In this document: positions 42,765-52,528 of the stretch, piece by piece
Layout: every line of letters begins with the position of its first letter
Position numbering within the stretch: the stretch's first letter is position 1
Assembly (NCBI GenBank): GCA_964427375.1
Contig: CAYRUF010000006.1
Location: 38,892 to 102,891 of the forward strand
DNA: 64,000 bases
DNA from: an uncultured Desulfatibacillum sp.
Lineage (GTDB): Bacteria > Desulfobacterota > Desulfobacteria > Desulfobacterales > SpSt-501
Direction: 5' to 3'
Notes under the pieces: generated by a model
What the model was told of the DNA's origin: nothing
The model's database searches: none
The model's input: the letters and a program-made list of their open reading frames with translations, nothing else
Made by a program: the position numbers and the translations under genes

Positions 42765-44489
42765 ATGGAAAAACGCTGGCAGATCGCGACCGTGGACGGA
42801 GCCGCCGCCACGGCCCTCAAGCAGGCCCTCGGGTGCCATCCCGTGATCGCCACCCTGCTCGTCAACCGCCGACTCACCTCACCGGAGCAGGCCGATGCCT
42901 TTCTGCATGCATCGATTGCGCATCTGCGGCCGCCGACCGGACTCCGGGATCTGGAGCCGGCGGTCGAGCGTGTGGTTCGAGCGATCACGGGCCGCGAGAC
43001 CATTCTGCTCTTCGGCGACTATGACGTGGACGGGACGACCGCCACGGCCGTCCTGTTCGAATTCCTGAAAGCCTGCGGCGCCAGGGTATCCTACTACATT
43101 CCCCACCGTCTCCAGGAGGGCTACGGGCTGCAACCCCGGCATATTGCGGAAGTGGCCGTGCCGCGGCGGGTCCGGCTGGTGATCACCGTGGATTGCGGCT
43201 CCAACAGCCATGCCGCCGCAGATGCCGCCCGCGCGGCGGGGGTCGACGTGATCATCACCGATCACCACCATGTGAGCCTTCCGCTGCCGCAGGCGCTGGC
43301 CGTCATCAACCCCAAGCGTCCGGACTGCGCGGGCGGGTTGAGCCGGCTGGCCGGCGTCGGCGTGGCCTTCTTCCTGGCCCTCGCGCTGCGGCGGCGTCTG
43401 CGCGAAGCCGGTTTTTGGGCCGGGCGCACCGAACCCAATCTGCGCTCCTTCTGCGACCTGGTGGCCCTGGGCACCATCGCCGACATGGTGCCGCTGCTGG
43501 AGGAAAACCGCATCCTGGCGAAAACCGGCTTGGAGGTGATGGGGTCCGGCCGGCGGCCGGGGCTGGCCGCCTTGATGGAGGCGGCCGGGATCACCCACCG
43601 CCCGATGGACGCCGACGACGTCGCCTTCCGGCTGGCCCCGCGGCTGAACGCCGCCGGCCGGATCGACCATGCCCTCCGCGCCGTCGATCTGCTGACGGCC
43701 GACCGCATCGACACCGCACGGGGGCTGGCTCACGCCCTCAACCAGCTGAACGCCAGCCGCCAGGAAATCGAACGCCGCATCTGGGACGATCTGGAGGCGC
43801 GGATCGCGCGCCAGCCCGACCTGCTGAAGCGCCACACCCTGGTTCTGGCCCATCCGGAATGGCATGCCGGGGTGATCGGCATCGCGGCCTCCAAGATGAT
43901 GGCCCGCTATCACCGGCCGGTGGTCCTCATCGCCCTCACGGGCCGCTCCGGACGAGGCTCGGCGCGGGGAATCCCGGGGATCGATCTCTACGCCTGCCTG
44001 TCCGCCTGCCGGATGCATCTCGAGGAACTGGGCGGCCACGCGCAGGCCGCCGGCCTGCGCATCCATGCGGATCGGCTGGAGGATTTTCAGCAGGCCTTCG
44101 AGGCAGCCGTGCACGGCGCTGCCGGCCCGGAGGCGTTCATCCCGCATCTGCCGATCGAGGCCGAAGTGGGGCTGGCGGCGATCTCGGAGGACCTTGCCGA
44201 CCAGCTGGAGCAGCTGATGCCCTTTGGCGCCGAAAACCCGGAGCCCTTGTTCCTGGCGCGCCAAGTGGCCGTCGTCTCCTCCAGCCGCGTCGGCGAGCAT
44301 CACCGGCGCATGGTGCTCCGTCCGGCCGCCGGACCGGCGCAGCGCACGTTTCACGCCATTCAGTTCCACGCGGATCCCCGGCAGGAGGCCCTGACGCACT
44401 TCGAGCGCATGGCGTACCGGCTGCGCTGGAACCGCTGGAACGGAAACAAGGCCCTGCAGCTGGTGGTCGAGGCGGTATCCGGCCGCTAA
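42765..44489 (+). CDS. recJ: Single-stranded-DNA-specific exonuclease RecJ
   Basis: LFGDYDVDGTTA, ITVDCGS, IITDHH are DHH-family motifs. Confidence 0.9.
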   Translation: MEKRWQIATVDGAAATALKQALGCHPVIATLLVNRRLTSPEQADAFLHASIAHLRPPTGLRDLEPAVERVVRAITGRETILLFGDYDVDGTTATAVLFEFLKACGARVSYYIPHRLQEGYGLQPRHIAEVAVPRRVRLVITVDCGSNSHAAADAARAAGVDVIITDHHHVSLPLPQALAVINPKRPDCAGGLSRLAGVGVAFFLALALRRRLREAGFWAGRTEPNLRSFCDLVALGTIADMVPLLEENRILAKTGLEVMGSGRRPGLAALMEAAGITHRPMDADDVAFRLAPRLNAAGRIDHALRAVDLLTADRIDTARGLAHALNQLNASRQEIERRIWDDLEARIARQPDLLKRHTLVLAHPEWHAGVIGIAASKMMARYHRPVVLIALTGRSGRGSARGIPGIDLYACLSACRMHLEELGGHAQAAGLRIHADRLEDFQQAFEAAVHGAAGPEAFIPHLPIEAEVGLAAISEDLADQLEQLMPFGAENPEPLFLARQVAVVSSSRVGEHHRRMVLRPAAGPAQRTFHAIQFHADPRQEALTHFERMAYRLRWNRWNGNKALQLVVEAVSGR

Positions 44490-44546
44490 GGGCCGCCGCG
44501 TTCGATCGAGCCGGTGCCGCGAGCGGCTGCAACATGTATTTTTTGC

Positions 44547-44575
44547 TTGAAATCTATCTGCATGGCATCTATGAT
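44547..44575 (+). promoter_or_regulatory. Sigma70-type promoter TTGAAA-17-TATGAT
   Basis: -35 at 44547-44552, -10 at 44570-44575. Lies about 64 nt upstream of ATG 44639. Confidence 0.4.
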
Positions 44576-44638
44576 GAGCCGTTTACGAATTTAAATACCC
44601 GCCGATCGTTCGGGTCGGTGTGAAAGGGAACAGAGGGT

Positions 44639-45061
44639 ATGGGAAAGGTCTTCCGACCGAGTACGCGCGAATCTTCGATCCTGTCCAAAATCGAGTCTTC
44701 CAAGGAACACAAGCGGCGTCTGGCGATCGGCAGCCTGCGGGACTGCATGGATGCGCTCTCCAACGCCGTGGCCATGAAGCTGGTGGAAAACAGCCTGGTG
44801 GAAACCACCAACAAGAACTCCCTGGAGGAACAGATCCGGTCCTGCCTCGAAAAGCTGACCCGCGCCAGTGACTTCGACATCGACTACCAGATTGCGCCGG
44901 TCCGCAACCTGGTGCCGGACTTCAACATCGTGAGCCTCTATTTGACGGCGTTCATCATTGAAAAGCTACTCGACCAAAAAGACATCGTCGATATTTTCGG
45001 TTCGGACGAAGACATCTATCTGACGGTCAATCAGCAAGTCAAGAAACACCTGCCGGTGTAA
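44639..45061 (+). CDS. Hypothetical protein (140 aa), translationally coupled to the downstream MBL-fold gene
   Basis: RBS GGGAACAGAGGG. TAATG stop/start overlap at 45059-45063. No family assigned with confidence. Confidence 0.6.
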   Translation: MGKVFRPSTRESSILSKIESSKEHKRRLAIGSLRDCMDALSNAVAMKLVENSLVETTNKNSLEEQIRSCLEKLTRASDFDIDYQIAPVRNLVPDFNIVSLYLTAFIIEKLLDQKDIVDIFGSDEDIYLTVNQQVKKHLPV

Positions 45062-46086
45062 TGCCTTCCCTGTTTCAGCCGCGGCTGGTCAACGGGCCAT
45101 TCGAAGATCCGGGGCTGTTCATCCCCTTTCCATTCGAGCGCCGGGCGATGCTATTCGATCTGGGCGACCTCTCGCGGTTGCCCGCCCGCGACCTCCTGAA
45201 GATCACCCATGTGTTCGTCACGCACACCCATATGGACCATTTCATCGGGTTCGACCAGCTGCTGCGCTGCATTCTGGGCCGGCAGAAAGACCTCCACCTG
45301 TATGGACCCGAGGGGTTTATCGACAACGTGGAGGGAAAGCTGGCGGGGTACTCCTGGGATCTCGTCGACCGGTTCACCGACCGCCTCGCGCTGCACCTGA
45401 CCGAGGTTCATGCCGACCGCTTGCTGCGCCGATCCTATTTGGGTAGGGACGGCTTTGCCGGCGCCGGCGACCGGGTCGTCCAGCCGTTCGACGGCCGGCT
45501 GCACGCCGAGCCCGGCTTGGCGGTCGACGCCGCGGTCCTCCGGCACAGCATCCCCTGTCTGGGCCTGTGCCTGGCGGAGCGCTTTCACGTCAACATTCTC
45601 AGAACCGGGCTGGAGGAGTTGGGACTGGCCCCGGGTCCCTGGATCTCCCGGTTCAAAGCCGCGCTGTATGCGCAGGTCGATCCGCAGGCGGAATTCACCA
45701 TCGAACCCGGCCCGCGGGCGGCCGGGGGCACCTTCACCGTGGGACGCCTGACTCAAAAACTGGCGCGAATCACGCCGGGGCAGAAAATCGCCTACATCAC
45801 CGACGTCGGCGATAGCGCCGCCACGCGGGAGGCGGTCGCCGCACTGGCGCACGACGCCGACCAGCTCTTCATCGAAGCCGCCTTTCTCGATGCGGAGCGG
45901 GAGCGCGCCGCCGCCACCCATCATCTCACGGCGCGCCAGGCCGGAGCGATCGCCGCCCTGGCGCAGGCCCGCCGATTCACGCTGTTCCACTTCTCGCCGC
46001 GCTACGAGGGCCGGGCGGTGGAGCTGCTATTGGAAGCCCGGGCGTCCTACGATCAAACGCTGGCCGGCCTCGGCCACAGGCAATAG
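45061..46086 (+). CDS. MBL-fold metallo-hydrolase, RNase Z/ElaC-like
   Basis: HVFVTHTHMDHFIGF (HxHxDH). C-terminal FTLFHFSPRY. Confidence 0.8.
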   Translation: MPSLFQPRLVNGPFEDPGLFIPFPFERRAMLFDLGDLSRLPARDLLKITHVFVTHTHMDHFIGFDQLLRCILGRQKDLHLYGPEGFIDNVEGKLAGYSWDLVDRFTDRLALHLTEVHADRLLRRSYLGRDGFAGAGDRVVQPFDGRLHAEPGLAVDAAVLRHSIPCLGLCLAERFHVNILRTGLEELGLAPGPWISRFKAALYAQVDPQAEFTIEPGPRAAGGTFTVGRLTQKLARITPGQKIAYITDVGDSAATREAVAALAHDADQLFIEAAFLDAERERAAATHHLTARQAGAIAALAQARRFTLFHFSPRYEGRAVELLLEARASYDQTLAGLGHRQ

Positions 46087-46122
46087 CCAACCTTGATGGA
46101 CTCCTAAAAAGTCATCCGAAGC

Positions 46123-46249
46123 GATGGCTTCGTAAAGAGGGCAAGATCAAGGCGCGCGAATCTCGTGCCGCGAGGCGTACTGGCCGTACGCCGCAGCGGC
46201 AACGAGATGACGCGCAACGCAGAGATTGGACGCTATTTACGAAGCCATC
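46123..46249. repeat. Long imperfect-hairpin repeat family 2, copy 1 (127 bp)
   Basis: Termini GATGGCTTCGTAAA...TTTACGAAGCCATC. The internal sequence is collinear with 52403-52528 (CAAGGCGCGC..TCTC..GCGAGGCGT...ACGCCGCAGCG..AACG...GCGCAACGC..GA.ATTGG). Confidence 0.75.
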
Positions 46250-46253
46250 AACC

Positions 46254-48584
46254 TTACCAGCGCTCATCGGCGCGACGCGCCAGGTCGTCCGGCGGAGCCC
46301 CATGAACCATTCGGGCCGACGTCCGGATCCGCTCGAGGGTTAGCCGCATCAACCCAGCCGCATGCCGCACCGAGCCTTTCAACCCGATCCGCATCAGCCG
46401 GAAAAACGCGCGCAAGGTGCCGATGGTTTTCGTACGGCGCGTCTCGGAAAAGTATTTCCACCGGCCGCTGTCGCCGTAGACGAAACCGATCACCTGCCGC
46501 CGCAGGGATTCGTCCCCGGCCGCGAAGCGGCATCCCAGCGTGGTGGTCCCGTTTTCGTCCTGGGCGCGCAGCACCTGGACGGGCAGCGCATGGCGGCGTC
46601 CGTAGCTGTCAACGGCCTCCAGCTGCAGCGGCGGCGCCGGGAGCGCCGCCCGGCCGTCCACGCTCAGCCCGAGCCCGCTGATCGAAAGATCCCGCAGGGT
46701 CGCGGCCACCGGCGGACCGCCGTCCAACGGCCTCAGCCGGACCGGCTCGCGGGTGGCATAACGGTGCGACCGGCGCAGCTGACGCCGCTCCCAGACGACT
46801 CCCAGACAGCAGACCACCAGAAACAGGTTGAACGTGTTCCAGCACAGGCAGATCACGATCGTATCCAGCAGCGCCGGCTGGTTCATCCACAGGACCGCCC
46901 CCGCGCAGAACGCCAACAGATTGAGCAGAAACATGAGATAAAACGGGGTGGCCAGATGCGTGCGCGCGTCGTGCTCGAGGGAGATGGTCTTGGGGGTGAC
47001 CCGGAACCGCGGCGACCACGGATTCAGGAACACCGCAACGACCGCCGGAATAAGATAGATGCTCTGGATGATTTCGAACAGCTCGGAGAAGAACGGGTGC
47101 CGCAGCCGGCCGTAAAGGAAGTTGGATAGAAAATAGGACCCCAGCAGGTGCGGGACGGCATAGACCAGGACCTGCATCAGCGAGGCATTGTAGACCCGCA
47201 GGCCGAAGATGAGAAACATCAGCGGCGCCAGGAAGAAAATGATGCGCGCGAATCCGAACAGCCAAAACAGACAGGCGTTCAGGTAGCAGATGCGCTGGGG
47301 AAGCGCGAGGCCTTTTTCGCGCAGCGGGTTGCGGAGCAGCAGGATCTGCAGCATGCCCTTGGCCCAGCGGCTGCGCTGGATGATGAAGCTGTCGAAGGAC
47401 TCCGGCGAAAGGCCCATGACCATGGCCTTGTTCAGGTAGACGCTGTTGAGCCCCCGGGCGTGCAGCCGCAGGGCCGTGCCGGCGTCCTCGGTGATCGTGT
47501 CCTCGACCAGCCCGCCGATGTCCATCAGGTGCCGGCGCCGCAGCAGCGCCGCCGATCCGCAGAAAAACGAGGCGTTCCAGAAATCCAGCCCCAGTTGAAT
47601 CCCGCCGTAGAACATCTCATTCTCGCCCGGGCTGATCGTGGCGGTGCCGAGGTTCTTTTCGACCGGCGTGGGGTTGATGAAAAAATGCGGGGTCTGCACG
47701 CAGGCCAGCTGCTCGTCTTCGAGAAAGAAGCCCGCCGTGTGCACCAGGAAATCGCGCGTGGGCACATGGTCGCAATCGAGAATGAGCACCAAATCGCCGT
47801 GCGGCCGCGGCTCGCCCAGGCCCGGGTTGTGGCATGCGGCGACCCGGCGGTCACCGCCGCCGCGGACGGCCGCGCCCAGGGCGGCGTTGATGTTGCCGGC
47901 TTTGGCGTGGATGTTGCGCTCGCGGGTGAGATAGTGCACGCCCAGGGATGCAGCGGCGGCCTGCAGCGCCGCCGAGCGCCGGTGGGCCGCCTCGGCCTTC
48001 ACCAGATCCGGATCATCGAGCTTCTGGGTGGTTCCGCCGTCGTCCAGCACGAACACGTTGAGCTTGTCTTTGGGGTAGTCCAGCTGGGTGCAGGCGGTGA
48101 GCGTGAGGGTCACCAGTTCGACCGGTTCGTTGTAGGTCGGAATCAGCACGTCGACGCTCGGCCAGAGGGACCGGTCCGCCGGCAGCGGCGCGCGCCGCCG
48201 CCGAATGGGCGCCACGTTGACGAAAAGGCCGACCAGATGGGTGAAGATCCCGTAGGTTTCGGCCAGATAGAGCAGCATCAGGAAAACGAAATCCCAGAAG
48301 CCGGTGTAAGAAAGCGTGGCGGTCGTGCGGAACATCCAGTACCGCAGGCTGAGATAGGATCCCAGCACGATGACCACCACGCGGTTGAAATCCCCCGACT
48401 CGCGTTCGATCCGGCTGAAAAGCCATACCGAGACCAGGATGCCGGCGGAGAACAGCATCTGGTTGTCGTCCGTCAGGATGAACGTCGCGGACCAGACCGA
48501 CAGGAGGAAAAGGCCGGCCAGTGCGATCAGCGCCGGCAACGAGCGGCTCCGGTTGGTTTCATAAGCGACGGCCGGGAGGGTCAT
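46254..48584 (-). CDS. BcsA-like processive GT2 glycosyltransferase with C-terminal PilZ domain
   Basis: Start ATG 48584 (the track extension to 48794 overlaps dnaE). VLIPTYNEP, FVLDDGGT, ILDCDHVP, ITEDAGT, QRSRWAKG (QxxRW). PilZ RRSHR...DLSISGLG. Confidence 0.85.
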   Translation of the reverse strand: MTLPAVAYETNRSRSLPALIALAGLFLLSVWSATFILTDDNQMLFSAGILVSVWLFSRIERESGDFNRVVVIVLGSYLSLRYWMFRTTATLSYTGFWDFVFLMLLYLAETYGIFTHLVGLFVNVAPIRRRRAPLPADRSLWPSVDVLIPTYNEPVELVTLTLTACTQLDYPKDKLNVFVLDDGGTTQKLDDPDLVKAEAAHRRSAALQAAAASLGVHYLTRERNIHAKAGNINAALGAAVRGGGDRRVAACHNPGLGEPRPHGDLVLILDCDHVPTRDFLVHTAGFFLEDEQLACVQTPHFFINPTPVEKNLGTATISPGENEMFYGGIQLGLDFWNASFFCGSAALLRRRHLMDIGGLVEDTITEDAGTALRLHARGLNSVYLNKAMVMGLSPESFDSFIIQRSRWAKGMLQILLLRNPLREKGLALPQRICYLNACLFWLFGFARIIFFLAPLMFLIFGLRVYNASLMQVLVYAVPHLLGSYFLSNFLYGRLRHPFFSELFEIIQSIYLIPAVVAVFLNPWSPRFRVTPKTISLEHDARTHLATPFYLMFLLNLLAFCAGAVLWMNQPALLDTIVICLCWNTFNLFLVVCCLGVVWERRQLRRSHRYATREPVRLRPLDGGPPVAATLRDLSISGLGLSVDGRAALPAPPLQLEAVDSYGRRHALPVQVLRAQDENGTTTLGCRFAAGDESLRRQVIGFVYGDSGRWKYFSETRRTKTIGTLRAFFRLMRIGLKGSVRHAAGLMRLTLERIRTSARMVHGAPPDDLARRADERW

Positions 48585-48595
48585 GGCGCTATCGG

Positions 48596-51500
48596 CTACC
48601 TCGCATTCCAATGCGGTTTCGATGACTGCGGCGGGCGTTCCACCGGCGCGCAACGGGTTTCGACCGCGGCGTAGCCCAGCAGCTCCCGCACCTCGCGCCG
48701 CAGCGCCGGGCCGGCCCGGAGTTGAAAGCCTTCCGAAAGCTCGATCAACGCTTCCGCCCGGGCCGCACCGCGCAGGTGCAGGTAGGTCTTGCACGGCCCG
48801 GGGAAGCGCTGCAGCAGATCCCGCAACCGCAGCAGGAGCTCGCGGTCGGTGCGGTCGAGTTCCAGGTTGACATGCACGCTGGCGGTCCAGGTCTCCTCGG
48901 CTTTTTCCAGCGCGATCATGCTGTCGGCGACCAGTTTGACCGATTGTTCGTCCTTCTGGACCTGACCCTGCACCAGGACGGCGTTGTCCTCCTTCAACAG
49001 ATCACCGCAGCCCGCGTACAGGCGCGAGAACACCGTCACCTCCAGGGCGCCGTGCAGGTCTTCGATGGTCACAAACGCCATGAGGTCGCCTTTTTTGGTC
49101 TTGATCGTCTTGGTGCCGCGGACCAGCCCGCCGATGCGCACGGAGGCGCCGTCGGCGGCCTCCTTGACGGACAGCGCGTCGGCGGTGGTGAACTTGCCGA
49201 GCAAATCCTCAAACCGCCGCAGCGGGTGGCCGCTGAGGTAGAACCCCAGCGATTCCTTCTCGAAGGCCAGCTTCTGGCGGTCGTCCCATTCGTCGATGTC
49301 GGGAACGGCCGGAAGGTTCACGGGCTGCGGGCACTCCGTCCCGCCGAAGAGCCCCATTTGGGGATCGCAGCGTTCCTTTTGAGCCCGCTGGCCGTATTCC
49401 AGGGCCACTTCCAGCGCCCCCATCATCTGGGAGCGCCGCAGGCCGGTGGTGTCGAACGCCCCGCACTTGATCAGGCTTTCGATGACCCGCTTGTTGACCT
49501 TCTTGAGATCCACCCGTTCGCAGAAGTCGAAAAACGAGGCAAACGGCCGCTCCCGGCGGGCATCGACAATGGCATCGATCGCAGCCTCGCCCACGTTCTT
49601 CACCGCCACCAGGCCGAAGCGGATCCGGTTGCCGTCCACCGTGAATTCCTTGAAGCTGCGGTTGATGTCCGGCGGCAGCACGGGGATGTCATGGCTGCGG
49701 CATTCGGCGACGAACTTGACGATGTTGTCGATGGATCCCATTTCGCTGGTGAGCAGCGCGGCCAGGAACTCCACCGGAAAGTGCGCTTTCAGGTAAGCGG
49801 TCTGATAGGCGATGAGCGCATAGGCGGCGCTGTGCGATTTGTTGAACCCGTAGCCGCCGAATTTTTCCATCAGATCGAAGAGGGTGGCCGCCTTGTCCGG
49901 GGCCACCCCGTTGGCCGTCGCGCCCTTGATGAAGCGCTCCCGGTGGGCCGCCATGATCTCCACGATCTTCTTGCCCATGGCCTTGCGCAGGTCGTCGGCG
50001 TCCGCCATGCTGTAGCTGGCCAGAACGCTGGCGATCTTCATGACCTGCTCCTGGTAGACGATGACCCCGTAGGTTTCCTCGAGGATCGGCGCCAGCTGCG
50101 GCACCAGATAGCTGACGGCTTTCCGGCCGTGCTTGCGGTCGACGTAGTCGTCGATCATGCCGCTTTCCATGGGGCCGGGACGGTACAATGCCACCAATGC
50201 GACCACGTCCGCGAAGCATTCGGGCTTGAGCCGCACCAGCAAGTCCTTCATGCCCGAGCTTTCCAGCTGGAAGACCCCGGTGGTGTCGCCGGCGGAAAGC
50301 AGCCGGTAGGTGGCCGCGTCGTCGAGCGCGATGTTTTCGAGGTCCGGGGGGGTCTTGCCCTGGCGGCGGATGAGCTCCAGCGCGCTGGCGATGACGGTCA
50401 GGTTGCGCAGCCCCAGGAAATCGAACTTGACCAGTCCGATCTTCTCCACGATCTTCATGTCGAACTGGGTGACGACCTCACCCTTCTTGCCCCGGAACAG
50501 CGGCAGGTACTCCACCAACGGGCGGTCGGAGATCACCACCCCGGCGGCGTGGGTCGAGGCATGGCGCGGCAGACCCTCCAGCACCCGGCAGATCCGAATC
50601 AGATCGCCGTATTCGGGCTTTTTCTCCACCAACTCCCGCAGCCGGGGCTCCCGTTCCAGCGCGTCGTCCAGGCCGATGTTGAGCACGTCGGGCACCAGCT
50701 TGGCGATGGCGTCCACCTCCGGCAGCGGGATGTCGAGCGCGCGGCCGACGTCCCGGATCACCGCCCGCGTCTTGAGCTTTCCGAAGGTGATGATCTGGGC
50801 CACGTAGTCCCCGCCGCCGTAGCGGTCCACGACATACCGGTAAACGTCTTCGCGGCCGTCGATGCAGAAGTCGACGTCGATGTCCGGCATGCTCTTGCGG
50901 GCGGGGTTCAGAAAGCGCTCGAAGATCAGCCCGTGCACGATGGGGTCCAGGTCGGTGATGCCCAGACTGTAGGCGACCAGGCTGCCGGCGGCCGACCCCC
51001 GTCCGGGGCCGACCGGGATGCCGCTTTCCTTGGCGTGGCGGATGAAATCGGAAACGATCAGAAAATAGCTGGGAAAGCCCATCTCCTTGATCATCCGGAT
51101 TTCATCATCCAGTCGCTCCCGGTAGACGGACTCGTCCGCCTCGGGGTTTTTGGCGCGCACCCGGCGCATGATCTTCTCGAACCCCTCGCGCGCATTGCGC
51201 TCGAAGAGCTCATCGACGCTCTGCTGGCCGTGGGTGTCGAACCGCGGGAAATGATAGGTTTTGAAATCGAACTCCAACCGGCAGCGCCGCGCGATCGCCG
51301 CCGTGTTCGCGAGCGCCTCCGGGGTATCCTTGAAATACGCCGCCATCTCGGAGGCCGGCTTGAAATACAGCTGGTCGGTGCGGAACTTAAGCCGCTCCGA
51401 GTCGTGGATGGTCTTGCCGGTTTGAATGCACAGCAGCACGTCGTGGGCGCGGACGTCCTCGCGCGAGAGGTAGTGGCAGTCGTTGCTCGCCACGAGCGGG

Positions 51501-52096
51501 ATCGACAACCGCCGGCTCATGTCGATCAGCGCCGCGTTGACCCGCTCCTGCTCGTCGATGCCGTTGTTTTGAATCTCGAGGAAGAACCGGCTCTCGCCGA
51601 ACATCTCCCGGTAGTTGCGTGCGGCCTGGTCGGCCTGCTCCAGGCGGCCCTCCATGATCCGCCGCGGGATTTCGCCGTGCAGGCAGGCCGACATTCCGAT
51701 CAGGCCTCGGGCGCACTCCTTGAGAAGCTCCCGGTCGATCCGCGGCCGGTAGTAGAAGCCTTCCAATTGGGCCGCCGTGGCCAGGCGGCAGAGGTTGCGG
51801 TAGCCTTCCTGATTTTCCGCCAGCAAAATGATGTGGCAGAGCTCGCGGTTGTCGGCCGGGTTCTTGTCGAACCGGCTGCGCGGGGCGATGTACATCTCGC
51901 AGCCGATGATCGGCTGGATGCCGGCCTTCACCGCCTTCTCGTAAAATTCGACGGCCCCGAACAAGGTGCCGTGGTCGGTGGTCGCCACGGCCGACATGCC
52001 GTAGGCCGCGGTTTGTTTGATCAGATCGTCGATGCGGATCGCCCCGTCCAGCAGGCTGTACTGGGTGTGGACGTGCAGGTGAACGAAGTCGGTCAT
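48596..52096 (-). CDS. dnaE: DNA polymerase III alpha subunit DnaE
   Basis: PHP domain MTDFVHLHVHTQYSLLDGA. Full-length about 1166 aa with a typical DnaE body. Confidence 0.95.
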   Translation of the reverse strand: MTDFVHLHVHTQYSLLDGAIRIDDLIKQTAAYGMSAVATTDHGTLFGAVEFYEKAVKAGIQPIIGCEMYIAPRSRFDKNPADNRELCHIILLAENQEGYRNLCRLATAAQLEGFYYRPRIDRELLKECARGLIGMSACLHGEIPRRIMEGRLEQADQAARNYREMFGESRFFLEIQNNGIDEQERVNAALIDMSRRLSIPLVASNDCHYLSREDVRAHDVLLCIQTGKTIHDSERLKFRTDQLYFKPASEMAAYFKDTPEALANTAAIARRCRLEFDFKTYHFPRFDTHGQQSVDELFERNAREGFEKIMRRVRAKNPEADESVYRERLDDEIRMIKEMGFPSYFLIVSDFIRHAKESGIPVGPGRGSAAGSLVAYSLGITDLDPIVHGLIFERFLNPARKSMPDIDVDFCIDGREDVYRYVVDRYGGGDYVAQIITFGKLKTRAVIRDVGRALDIPLPEVDAIAKLVPDVLNIGLDDALEREPRLRELVEKKPEYGDLIRICRVLEGLPRHASTHAAGVVISDRPLVEYLPLFRGKKGEVVTQFDMKIVEKIGLVKFDFLGLRNLTVIASALELIRRQGKTPPDLENIALDDAATYRLLSAGDTTGVFQLESSGMKDLLVRLKPECFADVVALVALYRPGPMESGMIDDYVDRKHGRKAVSYLVPQLAPILEETYGVIVYQEQVMKIASVLASYSMADADDLRKAMGKKIVEIMAAHRERFIKGATANGVAPDKAATLFDLMEKFGGYGFNKSHSAAYALIAYQTAYLKAHFPVEFLAALLTSEMGSIDNIVKFVAECRSHDIPVLPPDINRSFKEFTVDGNRIRFGLVAVKNVGEAAIDAIVDARRERPFASFFDFCERVDLKKVNKRVIESLIKCGAFDTTGLRRSQMMGALEVALEYGQRAQKERCDPQMGLFGGTECPQPVNLPAVPDIDEWDDRQKLAFEKESLGFYLSGHPLRRFEDLLGKFTTADALSVKEAADGASVRIGGLVRGTKTIKTKKGDLMAFVTIEDLHGALEVTVFSRLYAGCGDLLKEDNAVLVQGQVQKDEQSVKLVADSMIALEKAEETWTASVHVNLELDRTDRELLLRLRDLLQRFPGPCKTYLHLRGAARAEALIELSEGFQLRAGPALRREVRELLGYAAVETRCAPVERPPQSSKPHWNAR

Positions 52097-52283
52097 CGAT
52101 GTCCTATGAAGCAGGCAGGATGTCGAGAATCGCATCCTGGCGAATGTGAATACCCGTGAACGGAGGGAGCCGCGGCCCCCTCGGAACGCCGCTGACCTCC
52201 GAGCGGAGGCGAGCTCAACTCATCTGAAATCTTCTCAGGGATCGGTCCGGATGTAAAGCAAAAGATCGCGCCGGCTTCAGGAA

Positions 52284-52334
52284 GTCGATGGTAAAATCCC
52301 CCGCCCTCCCCTTTTCAAAAGGGGCAGAAGGCGG
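52284..52334. repeat. Hairpin repeat family 1, copy B
   Basis: GTCGATGGTAAAATCCCCCGCCCTCCCCTTTTCAAAAGGGGCAGAAGGCGG. Palindrome CCCCTTTT-C-AAAAGGGG at 52308-52324. Confidence 0.65.
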
Positions 52335-52402
52335 AAGCGGGCGCGGGACGAACTTGGGCTTCCGGCAAAGCCTAACCGGAGAACCGGATCTCGCGGAAAG
52401 CC

Positions 52403-52528
52403 GATGGCGTCGCCCGAAGCCCAAGTTCAAGGCGCGCAAGTCTCCGCCGAGCGAGGCGTGCTCCCGGCACGCCGCAGCGAACGCGGAACGCAGCGCAACG
52501 CCGAAATTGGGCTTCCGGCGACGCCATC
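52403..52528. repeat. Long imperfect-hairpin repeat family 2, copy 2 (126 bp), abutting the guaB stop codon
   Basis: Termini GATGGCGTCGCCCGAAGCCCAA...TTGGGCTTCCGGCGACGCCATC. An extra copy of the arm lies at 52350-52362. Confidence 0.75.

Noticed and set aside
48722-52159. 1145-aa plus-strand ORF
   Set aside because: It is exactly antisense to dnaE, which has an unambiguous PHP domain and polymerase body. It is low-complexity, with no start context.
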